A stretch of 64,000 nucleotides of DNA from positions 1,767,438 through 1,831,437 of the forward strand of contig NC_083427.1 in assembly GCF_020745735.1 (NCBI RefSeq). The letters are read 5' to 3'. Below, piece after piece: positions 29,001 through 39,547 of the stretch (positions within the stretch are counted from its first letter, which is position 1; each line of letters opens with the position of its first letter). The notes beneath the pieces were generated by a model. It ran no database searches. It had not been told where the DNA came from and saw only the letters and a program-made list of their open reading frames with translations. The position numbers were made by a program, and so were the translations under genes. The stretch comes from Hemiscyllium ocellatum (taxonomy: Eukaryota).

Positions 29001-30389
29001 AGAAGGAATGAACAATAAGTTCTAGCCCAACCGGGTTATACATATCCCATGAATTAATCAATTATGAAATAGCAGCACTCCAATTTTCAATGCACATATT
29101 TACTTTGGCAGAAATAGACAGGGTGTGCTTGGGATGACAATAAGCTACAAGTTTCCTTCCAAGCTTAGACTAATATCATGTCGAATTTTAAGAAGCTGAA
29201 TTGGAACTTTCTGGCAAAGTTCCTGATAGTATGAAGTGATTCAAGAAGATGTCAGTCCATTATCTTATCAGGAGTAATTTGGAACTGTCGCCAAAACAGG
29301 ACGGACCGTTCTCACTCTTTTATAAATGTAGAGCTGCATTATCAATGGAAAGAAAACGCTTCTTACTCGATCTAAAGGAAGTTACGTAGCCGATGTACAG
29401 CTCGTGATAACTGAGATTCATTCTTCCCATTAGGTATTGATTTTTGGCAAATTCTCAGTTGTTATAAATTCAAAATATTGTTCCGGATGGTAACTGATGT
29501 GAGGAACATTAGTTACTGATTTTACGGGAGCGGGAAGGTGAAGGCAATAAGAGACAAGAAACGAGCTAGTTCCTTCTTTTAGTTCCCTTATGATACAGAA
29601 ATATTGGGCCATTTGTGGCATCGGGGCGAACCCGACTGTATGTTGCGGTGAACACTGCATTTATTGATTGGCTGAACTGTAGTTATTATTTGTGTTTAGA
29701 AAAGTTTAACATTTGAAACGGTGATGATGTATTTCGTAAACTGCAGTTTTTTGGTTTGTTTAATAGCAGTCTTTTATCAAATATATCAAGTCGTTTGTAT
29801 GAAGTAATAAGGGTCGTTAAATCTACAACAGAGCTTACATTGATATGAGTGTTCCCCGTCTCATGCCGGCGACAGAGCTTCACAAACAATGACTATTCTT
29901 GGAGGTTAAACAGTAAAACATACATAGTAGATACATTGTTTTAGTCTCAACAACAAATTCTAAATATTATTTCCTGATACATTTGTTGATGCATTCCATG
30001 TTTAATATTCTTCCAGCACCACCCAGAATTCATATTGCATTCAAAATTGCTCACATCTAGCACTATTATGAATTCTAAGCGTTACTAAACAACCATCAAA
30101 ACAACCTGGTGTGGATTCTGGTGTGGAGAGCAATTTATGTGCATTCTGGCAAAAATGTGACACTTCTTCATCGACATGTTTTGTGGACTAATATAACTTT
30201 AGGGTTATGTGTGTGCTTTATGACAGTATGAATAAGTTCTAGTGGAAGATAGAGGAAATTTAGAGAGATTTGAGAACTCCAAACTGACTGCAATCACAAT
30301 ACTGTAAAAGAGTCTGCGAAGTGTGTCAATATTAATCTGTAAAACCTTTAGACGTGTGGTATTAATAAGTTCATTTATAATACTCGATC

Positions 30390-31560
30390 TGCTCCATCAT
30401 TCGAGCATTGCTGACATGCCTCTCAACCCCATTCTTCTGCCTTCTCTCCATAACCTTTGATTCCCTTCCTAATCAAGAAACTAAATCTGCATTAAATACA
30501 CTCAATGATCTAGACTCCACAAACCTCTGTGACGTGGAGTTATACCCTTCTGTTGAATAAATTCCTCTCCATCTCAATTTTGAAGGATCGTCCCTTCACT
30601 CTGAGGATATGCCCTCGGGTTGAAGTCTGCTGTGCGAGTAAAATTATCTTCTGCTTATCCGCTGTATATAGGTTTATCAGTATTCAGTCAGATTAAATGA
30701 CACTGCACTCTTATTCTTCTAAACTGCATTGCGCTCAAAGGTAGAAGCTTCAACTGATCCTCATAAGATAAGCCTGGTATCCAGTGGATCATTTTTGTAA
30801 AGCCTCTGTGGACTCCCTCCAATGCCACACGTCCTTCCTTAGATAGGAGTCCAAAACTGCTCACAATAATCCACATGTGCTCCTTATCGACCCTTATACA
30901 GTTGGATTTCCAACTCGCATCATGCTTCAAGTTTCAGAAGTCCACCCCCATTTAGGAAATATTTCTCACATTTATCCTTCCAAACAAAATTCATAACCTT
31001 ATATTTCCCCACATGATGTTCCATCTACCACTTCTTTGCTAATCCCCCCGACATTCGAAATCCTTCAGCACAATCCATTTCCTCAGCATTTCTTGTCCCT
31101 CAAACTATCATTGTATAATCTGCGACGTTGGCAACAATGCCCTCAGTTCCTTCGTTTAGATCATTTATGCATAAAGTGAATAGTTGTCGTCCCAACGCTG
31201 ACCCTGTAGAAATCCAGTAGTCACTGGCTGTCATCCTGAAAATGACCTCTTTATCCCCACATTTTTTCTTCTGCCAGTCAGCCAATTCTCCAGTTATGTC
31301 AGTGAGTGATGCCAAAAACTATGGCTCTTATTTTATTTAGCAGGTCTCCGTTCTTGTCAAAATCAAAATACATCGTGTTTACAGGGTCTCCTTTGTCTTA
31401 CTTGATGGTTGCCTCCTCAAATAATTTTTTTCAGATTTGTGAGGCATGGCTTCCCAAGGACGAAGCTGAAACAACCCTATTTAACCAACCCACGCAAGTG
31501 TTCTGCAATCTCACGTTGAATAATGGACACGAAAATCTTACTAACGACCGAGGATAGGCT
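30390..31560 (-). mobile_element. Degenerate CR1-clade LINE fragment
   Basis: RT remnants in ORFs 31100-31315 (ALGRQLFTLCINDL...ADYT) and 30688-30930. Confidence 0.75.
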
Positions 31561-31699
31561 AACCAGCCTAAATGTCACAGCTTTTGAGTTAACTAATTCG
31601 TTGCAAGAAACCGGACATTAACAGATTACCATTTATCTCTTTCTTAGATAAGCTTTCTTAGAGAAGCAATTTAAAAGGACAAAGCCCTGATGGCTTTAA

Positions 31700-32720
31700 T
31701 GAGAACAAAGAACAAAGAAAATGTACAGTCCAGGAACCGGCCCTTCAGCTCTTACCCTGAGCTGATCCAAATCTATTGTCTAAACCTGTCGGCCAATTCC
31801 TAAGCATCAGTATCCCCCTGCTCCCCACCTACTCACGCATCTGTCCAGACACATCTTAAATGAATCTACCATGCCTGCCTCTATCAATTCTGCCAGCAAT
31901 GCCTTCCAGACACCCACTGCCCTCTGTATAAAGTACTTGCCGCATGTATCCCCCTTAAACAGTTCAGTTCTCTCTTTGAAAGCATGACCTCTCGTATCGG
32001 AAAAACCTTGCCTTTATCTACCCTGTCTATACCCTTCATGACCTTGTAAACCTCAATCAGGCCCCCCATCAATCTCCTTTTTTTCTAATGAAAACAATCC
32101 TTACGTTCTCAACCTCTGTTAAAAGCTAGAACCGTACCAGGCAACATCCTCGTAAACCTTGTCTGCACCCTCGCTGATACATCCTATACCCTGGAACATC
32201 TAGATGCCAATCATGACCTTCTTTCAACCAAGTCTCTATGATTGCAATACGTCATTTTCACAGGCACCAATACAAGTCCTAAGTTTATCTACCTTACACA
32301 CTATACTCCTTGCATTAATGCAGATACACTTCAGGCCACCAGTTCTTTTGTATTCATCTGTTATCTGCCTACTCTTCCACTTATTAATGTTTCCTTTCTG
32401 ATTCTTAAATCTCTAGTATCCACATCACTGTCTAATTGTCTTCTCTTCTGGTTTCCACCACGCCTGGCACATTAGTTTAAAACCTCCCCAACAGTACTAG
32501 CAAAAACTCCCCCAAGGACATTTGTTCCAATCTGTTTCAGATGTAGACAGTCCATTTTGTAATCGTCCCACCATCCCCAGAACCGGTCCCAATGTCCAAC
32601 AAATCTGAACCCCCTCCCTCCTACACCAACCCGAAAGCCACGTGTTCATCCTGCCTATTTTTCATTTCTACGCTGGCTATCAAGTCACACGTGCCTTGTG
32701 TAGTTTCAGAATATTCTCCT
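31700..32720 (-). mobile_element. CR1-clade LINE 3' end (31700-32220) fused to an ORF1-esterase/ORF2-start fragment
   Basis: (GAACAAA)n tail, ORF 31884-32072 (GGLIEVYKVMKGIDRV), and a minus-strand GFRFVGHWDRFWG...HL esterase remnant near 32520-32610. Confidence 0.7.
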
Positions 32721-35130
32721 GAAACATTGGAAACAACGGATCAGACTAAATTCGATAGAAGGCTGATTTTCAGACCTGGTTTACTTAAGAAGCTATTATT
32801 GAGGAAAACTCAACAAATAATGAGTGAATACCATAAAATGAATCATTGGGATGCAGGATAAAAGTTAAGACACACTAATCAGTAATAAAACTGATTATTA
32901 TCATGATGTTAATAAAGTACAACATTCTCACATGCAGAGATATCTGGCTATCAGAATGCATAAACCACAGACGGCTGAGAGCCAGTTACGGACATCAGTC
33001 AAGAAAGTTAAATGAAATTGATGTGTTTTTGTGACAGCAGTGCACTGCAACAGTATAACGGCTTTTGTTATACAGGGCATTGCTAAGGTAAAAATCAGAT
33101 ATACATTGGACAGTGTTGGTCACTGTGCTTATGGAAATGTTAATGAGAAAGAAGAGAAAACAGGGGAGCGAGGCGAGGTCTGTACATTCTGGAGTTAAGC
33201 AGAGACAGAAGTCACTTAATTGAAGCATATGGAGTGCTGAGGAAACTAGTCGGGGTCGATGATGAAAGATTGCTTCCTTTTTGGGGGAATAGAGAAAAAA
33301 AATCATAGTTTTAACACAAGGACTCGACCATTTCAGACAGACATGAAAGGGAAAAGATCGCATATATATTTGTGAGTCTTTGGAATGCTCTTCCACAAAG
33401 ACAGAGAAATCAGAACGGTATGAAATATTTACAAGGAAAGGTAAATGAAGTTTTGATTTCAAGGGGACGAAACATTGTTCAGGATGAAGGAATGTGGAGT
33501 TGAGGCAAGTTTCAGATCAGCCATCATCTTCTTGAATGCTGTAGCAGGGAGAGAAATGCGGCGCGGGGGGTGGGGGGCATTCTTGTTGCCTCTTCTGAAG
33601 ATATAAACGGATAATAATCAGGAAGAAATTTGATATTACTCAGTTTCAGCCAAGCAGCCTCAAGAACTTCGATTCCCTCCCCTCCACCTCCACATGGCAA
33701 ACAGCATGCGATGATGCTGAATGTGTTTGCATTAAAAACGGGCAAATAGAATACACTGAAAATGCTAAACAAAGTTAGCAATGTCTGAGAAGAGCTGAAC
33801 AAAGTTAAGAGTTCACGCCATGTGTTTTAATCGGAGCCATCTGATGAAATATCATGATATGAAACTCCAACCCTGGTAAACGTTTCACAGCATCATAACG
33901 CTGTCTGCGAGGGTGTGCCAACTTCCCCCGGCAAAGATTTTACATTTAAACGTATATGCACGGCTCCTGTTTCCAGCTTATGCAATCTCTCGAAGTTCTC
34001 TTTCTCGATGCAAACATTTTCTGCCTGTTCATAATTCAAACGCACTAAATATGGACCAACAATTGCAGTGCTTTGAACAAAGAAAGCTCATTTTCCATGT
34101 AATCATCATATTAATCTTTCCACGTCAGTCAACATTCTATACAACCGTTGGTGCAAGCTTTGAAATCACTGCACACAAACTCTTTGGTGGAGTCAAATGC
34201 TGATCTGTGATATAGTGTTGGGATTTATCATTTGCACCATTTTGAATTGATTTAACAAGCAGGAACTGGAATTTCATTTGACTCTTTGTGCAATTCTACC
34301 AAGCTCTAACGTTATGCTCAAAAAGAAGCCTTCCTCAACGTAATAAAGCACTTTATTTCTTTTAATTATTGAAATTAATTCATTTAATAATTAAATGCAT
34401 ATCGAATCCTCTTTTGATTAACAAGTGCCAAAAACATTTTACACTTGCTCCTGAGTTCTGTCTACTGCTTCTAAACTAAATCACACCAATCTATCAATAT
34501 CACTTTGGTCTTCTGAATTGCGAGCCATATTTGCAGTTGAAAAGAACATTCAAGTTTCAGCACCACCATCTCGAAGATTATACAGAAATGGATGATGTCA
34601 ACGTGTCGAGAAGCTTCTATCCATTTTTAAACAGGCTGAATTCCGTCTCTTTTTCGTGTTTTTGTGTTCTGAATTCTTGAATTGACTTCCACTGACCAGT
34701 TTCAAATTATGAATTCTGCAAAATCTGTACTTACTTTCATAGCTACTAACAGTCAAAGACTTTCAAATATTGACACACATTTCATACGGAATGTTCAAGG
34801 AACGAGAGACGCCATTTAAAGCTGATGTTTCTAATTTTATGGTTCTAGCGAGCATTGCATGCATACATTAGACTGCGTGGCCACTCGGTTGTCAGAGGTC
34901 ACCATGTGTGGGTTTCAGTCTTAATTATTTAATTATTTGTTCATGAATTCGCTGCCTGAACTTGGCAAATCTTCATGGATGTGAAATTAAAATATCACCA
35001 AGTTAAACACAAGGAAGTAAGCACATGCTGTTAATCTCTCTATTCTCAATTGATGCAGGTTTCCATGATCTGATGTTGGTTCGTCTGCATAAACCTCAGC
35101 ACATCACGAGACGTGAGTTAGAATCTCCGT

Positions 35131-35185
35131 GATTGGTTTCTCGCTCCCCATGATGCAAATGAACAGAGCCTCCCGAGGTTTATAA
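35131..35185 (+). promoter_or_regulatory. Candidate IgNAR V promoter: reverse CCAAT (ATTGG 35132-35136), octamer ATGCAAAT (35153-35160), TATA-like TTTATAA (35179-35185)
   Basis: Exact Ig octamer 18 bp upstream of a TATA-like box, about 90-120 bp upstream of the leader ATG at 35276. Confidence 0.7.
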
Positions 35186-35275
35186 CGTTGGTGCTCCGAC
35201 ACACACTGTTACACAGAACAGGTTTTAATTCCAGCATTGGTTGCGTATGAAGTTCTGTTTGCTGGTGCAGAAACA

Positions 35276-35318
35276 ATGAATATTTTCTTGTTTTCGTGCC
35301 TTTTATCCTGGTTACCAA
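35276..35318 (+). CDS. IgNAR: IgNAR leader exon (MNIFLFSCLLSWLP + first base of N)
   Basis: ATG at 35276, hydrophobic signal peptide of the shark NAR MNIFL... type, phase-1 donor A|GTAAGT at 35319 matching the phase of the V exon. Confidence 0.95.
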
Positions 35319-35444
35319 GTAAGTATTGTTTCTCATCGATGTTACGCATACAAGGACCATGTTCATATTATTGAAATCTCCTTGTCTGAAACTCTCCTGA
35401 TGAGAAATAAATGTCATGAATTAAATATATTTTTCTCCGCACAG

Positions 35445-35719
35445 ATGTCTTTTCTGCACGGGTTGAACAAACACCGGGAACGGCAACAAAGGAGACAGGC
35501 GAATCACTGACCATCAATTGCGTCCTAAAAGATACCAGCTGTACATTGTATAGCACGTACTGGTATTTCACAAAAAAGGGCGCAACTAAGAAGGAGAGCT
35601 TATCAATTAGTGGACGATTCTCGGAAACAGTGAACGAGGGATCAAAGTCCTTTTCTTTGCGAATTAGTGACCTAAGAGTTGAAGACAGTGGTACATATCA
35701 CTGTAACGCATATCATTAT
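35445..35719 (+). CDS. IgNAR: IgNAR V segment (germline VNAR, type II): [91 protein letters not shown]
   Basis: Acceptor TTTTCTCCGCACAG ends at 35444. Open frame with canonical Cys/Trp/Cys, no CDR2, extra Cys in CDR1, followed directly by an RSS. Confidence 0.97.
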
Positions 35720-35757
35720 CACAGTAATCAACCTGATCTTCCACCAATACAAAAACA
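35720..35757 (+). promoter_or_regulatory. V 3' RSS, 22-bp spacer (CACAGTA-22-ACAAAAACA)
   Basis: Heptamer 35720-35726, nonamer 35749-35757, each one mismatch from consensus. Confidence 0.93.
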
Positions 35758-35957
35758 CTTTCAGATCTTCCGTGAAGCAAATTTGCCTTGTTTTGGCTTG
35801 TCAACGCTCAACATGCACTTTGTGGCCACTGCTCATGATACAGACTAGCAGGAATCAAGTTCCAAAAGATAGCTAACAAAATTCAGCAGGGAAATTCAGA
35901 GAAGGGGCACTTGGATATTCAGTGCAGCTGTTGAACTTACAGTAACGTGCGAGTATT

Positions 35958-36038
35958 TATTTTTGCACTGGGATGTATCACTGTGACTGCTATGGTCACC
36001 ACACCAATCGAGAACTCGACATCTGTAATACAGAAACT
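35958..36038 (+). other. IgNAR: IgNAR D1 segment (ACTGCTATGGTCAC, 35986-35999) with 12-RSS 5' and 23-RSS 3'
   Basis: 5': TATTTTTGC-12-CACTGTG (heptamer 35979-35985). 3': CACACCA (36000-36006, degenerate)-23-ACAGAAACT (36030-36038). Confidence 0.82.
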
Positions 36039-36227
36039 ACCAGCACACATTGTTACCCGAACCGCAAACACTTTGATTTATTGGTGATCAGAATGGCCAG
36101 CTATTCCGGAGTTTGTGTGGATCTGAAAATTGGTTTTCTGAAATAAATGTGAGACGGTGCACATTGGTAGGAATCCAGATTGCAGTTTGTGCATCGACTT
36201 GGTGTTTTTGTATGAATGACAATGGGA

Positions 36228-36305
36228 AGTTTTTACATTGCTGTGTGTGACTGTGTTACTATGCTACCACAGTGAATAACCTGTGATTCCCGCAATACAG
36301 AAACG
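36228..36305 (+). other. IgNAR: IgNAR D2 segment (TTACTATGCTAC, 36256-36267) with 12-RSS 5' and 22-RSS 3'
   Basis: 5': AGTTTTTAC-12-GACTGTG. 3': CACAGTG (36268-36274)-22-ACAGAAACG (36297-36305). Confidence 0.9.
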
Positions 36306-36630
36306 TCCTGCCACATGTGAATCCACTGCTCATATAAATTATTATCTGCATGCTTAAGTACCTCATGCTGAAATATTTCTTGCAACGTTTAGGGCCTGGC
36401 AACTGCTATCGACTGATTTTCATACTCCTTCAGATGATTATTATGTGACTGTTAAAATCCTATTCACAAAGCAATATAGATAAGTATCCAGTATTTGAAG
36501 AATGGCTCAGAATTATAAACGTGACTGGGAATACAATATATGAAGGGAGTGATTTGTGTCACACTTGCTGGATCAATCAATCAATATCCTGGAGCATTTG
36601 AAGAATCTTCACTTATTTTAGCAACAATGG

Positions 36631-36698
36631 ATTTATTGTGCTGGTGTGAAACAATGTGTAGCTGGGATTGCACAGTGACACAAGCCAGACCACAAACC
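36631..36698 (+). other. IgNAR: IgNAR D3 segment (TAGCTGGGATTG, 36659-36670) with 12-RSS on both sides
   Basis: 5': ATTTATTGT-12-CAATGTG (36652-36658). 3': CACAGTG (36671-36677)-12-CCACAAACC. The 12/12 last D fits the shark cluster architecture. Confidence 0.88.
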
Positions 36699-37012
36699 TC
36701 TCGGACAGTTATTCCTTTTTCTGCTTCTGATGAACATGACTCCACAATCAACTTTCTGTCATGAATGCTGTTTCATAGAATTAACATCAATTCCAATTCG
36801 TTCCATTCTGGAATTGTGTACAAATTTCACGTTGAGTCTTGGTCAGCATGCTAACGTTTCCAATGTCACCCAAACTGGCATTGGAGATAGTGGGTATATG
36901 AATGGATATAAATTGTTAACAAGTGAAGATTTGTTAATGCTGTGAATATATATGGAAAATGGAGAGAGGATTTGTTTTGATACATTGATTATAGGACTTC
37001 TGCTTCACTGAC

Positions 37013-37051
37013 ACTTTTTGTATGGCGTTGAATGGGAGCTGATGGACTGTG
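37013..37051 (+). promoter_or_regulatory. J 5' RSS, 23-bp spacer (ACTTTTTGT-23-GACTGTG)
   Basis: Nonamer 37013-37021, heptamer 37045-37051, directly upstream of J. Confidence 0.9.
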
Positions 37052-37096
37052 ACTGCAGCGGTGAAGGAAGCGGCACCATTCTGACTGTGAAACCTG
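37052..37096 (+). CDS. IgNAR: IgNAR J segment (CSGEGSGTILTVKP)
   Basis: GxG-T-x-LTV FR4 motif, phase-1 donor G|GTAAGT at 37097. Confidence 0.95.
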
Positions 37097-38596
37097 GTAA
37101 GTGTTCCTCTTGCTACTTATCGCTTCGATTTTGCAGTTCAGTTATTAATAAAAAAAGTGTTCTTGTTAAAACAGGCTCAACTGCACAACGTGAGATTCAG
37201 AACATTTTCTAATCGACATATTTTGCGTTCTGGAATTTATTGTCTTCCATTTCAAACTCATTTGCAGATTTTGTTTGAGCAAATTTATGCTAATATACAA
37301 ATATAGACGTAAATGTAGCTCAGGACAAGCCAATAGAGAATCTAAATGTTTAACTTGCTTGGCATCGAGTATATAAGATTTTATTTGCGTAGATGATGGC
37401 TTTAGCTATTTGCGCAGGAAACTGCCCAAGATGTGAAGCTGTACTAAGGCATGTCAGAGTGCCATTGTTATGCAAAACTTCTAATCGTAACAACAAATCC
37501 AAGTCTAGATTGAGGAAATCTTTCTGCTATCATTAATGTTTTGGATTGTGTCTAAAATCAATGTTTTGAAAGACAATCCTCATTATTTAACATAATTTCG
37601 ATTACATTAACATTATCACAAATCAACAAATTGACCGTCCAATTTTGAAACTGGAACAATTGTAGCTCACCAAACCCGGGCTTGGTGAAGGTTGATTGGA
37701 GCTGAAATACGTCTGCTCCAATTCCACAAAATGTGAATATTTGTGCACTGATTTTACCAGTGCCCTATATCAGACAACTAGTGGGAGTAATTTCACTGTA
37801 ATTTAGCACGAATCCAGATTATCTGAAACGTGCTCTCCCAGATACATGTCCATCTGTGGGTCGAAGTTTGTTGTGTTTAAGATGGTGTCGAATATTTGAG
37901 AACTTTGAACCCACTATAGCTTTAGTGTAAAATGTTTACTTGACATTAAAGTGGAAATCATGTAGCCCATCTGTACAATATTAATTCTTAGAGTGGAATA
38001 GTCTTGCCTTGCTGATAATATTAATTGCTGTCCACTTCAATTATTTTAACCATGTCAAGCTAAATAGTCTTTTGCCTTGCCCTCATGGATCCTCAGGACA
38101 TCATACCGAACGAAGTAGGATCAATAAGTCGATGTGTGCACGACAGCATTGCTTTTGTGATGCAGTCACCTTGCTGTCGTATTCTTGGACTGGTATTTAC
38201 GAGTGCAGGTGATAACAGGAGAACCCCAACTCAGTAATTCATAATTGACAACAAAGGAAAATAAAAGGTCAGAAATCAGGTTTCACCTGACACAGGGGCA
38301 GAGATCAGGAAGTTTGTGATTTAAAAAGAAAACTTGTTTAACCATAACCTGGTGTCGTGTGACTTTTGACCTTGTCCACCCTGATGAGCACAGGCACCTC
38401 CGAATATAAAAAATGCAGCTTTGCCGTGGTATCAATCCCACAACAGGAAGCATTCACTGCACTAAACAACTTCTGCAATTTGGGCATTCTCAGACTAATG
38501 TGTGAACATAGAAAATTATCTTAGTGCATCTAGAGGGTGCATAGAATAGTTTGCCCCGGCAGAAGGTAGAGTTGTGGAAAGTGTTAATCCTTTTTT

Positions 38597-38897
38597 TTAG
38601 GTTAGATTAGACTTACAGTGTGGAAACAGGCCTTTCGGCCCAACAAGTCCACACCGACCCGCCGAAGCGCAACCCACCCATACCCCTTACCTAACACTAC
38701 GGGCAATTTAGCATGTCCAATTCACCTGACCCGCACATCTTTGGACTGTGGGAGGAAACCGGAGCACCCGGAGGAAACCCACGCAGACACGGGGAGAACG
38801 TGCAAACTCCACGCAGTCTGTCGCCTGAGTCGGGAATTGAACCCGGGTCTCAGGCGCTGTGAGGCAGCAGTGCTAACCACTGTGCCACCGTGCCGCC
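38597..38897 (-). mobile_element. tRNA-derived HE1-type shark SINE, full length
   Basis: Minus strand begins GGCGGCACGGTGGCACAGTGGTTAGC (box A), then GGTTCAATTCC (box B), the central TTCCTCCGGGTGCTCCGGTTTCCTCCC core, a LINE-shared 3' end and a TCTAA-type tail. Confidence 0.9.
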
Positions 38898-39409
38898 CAC
38901 CAACTGTCCATCCGCTGAGATGTGATGGCCCTCAGGCTAAATCACCAACAGTCTTTTCCCTCTCATGAGAGAGAAGACCCTGTGGTCTTGTAAGAATATG
39001 TTGTCTCAGCCAATAGCTTCATTTTTTTTTCAGTTAATAGTTTCTTTGGGCATTCCATGGAATGCTGAGATGATGAAAACCGAACTTCAACTTTATTTAA
39101 CTGAAATAGACGACAGAGATTTTCTGGTTTATTTTGACAGTTGTTTTCTCTTACGGTAAACCTTGGAAAAAAAAAATTGGATCCTGTCTATGCTAGTTGC
39201 TTTGAAATTGAAAAAAAAAATCCAAGTTTCCCAGCGGTATGAAGTTAATATCTACATTAATCACTATCTTCTAGCAAATTAGTGTCAGTGGTTCGAACTT
39301 GTTATTTCATTACGACGTCTGTCAGTATTTACAGAGGTCTGTCATTTTTATAGTTCTGCCAAATATTAATCACTGTAATGCACCAGTTTGCCTGTGATGC
39401 ATCCATTAT

Positions 39410-39547
39410 GGGGTGTAGGTTTGCTCGCTGAGCTGTAGGTTTGATATCCAGACGTTTCATTACCTCCAAGTGAAGTAGGTCGCCACTGATGATGTTACCT
39501 AGCGCCTGGATATCAGACTACAGCTCAGTGAGCAAATCTACACCCTA
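39410..39547. mobile_element. Palindromic ~140-bp element with ~40-bp inverted arms and hammerhead-core halves (Penelope-derived, inferred)
   Basis: GGGTGTAGGTTTGCTCGCTGAGCTGTAGGTTTGATATCCAG mirrors CTGGATATCAGACTACAGCTCAGTGAGCAAATCTACACCC. Confidence 0.7.

Noticed and set aside
28700-29900. CpG-containing, coding-looking stretch (viral or DNA-transposon remnant?)
   Set aside because: No frame gave a recognisable motif. It would need tBLASTx.
38820-38897. tRNA gene
   Set aside because: It is the tRNA-derived head of an HE1-type SINE, continuing into the SINE body and tail.
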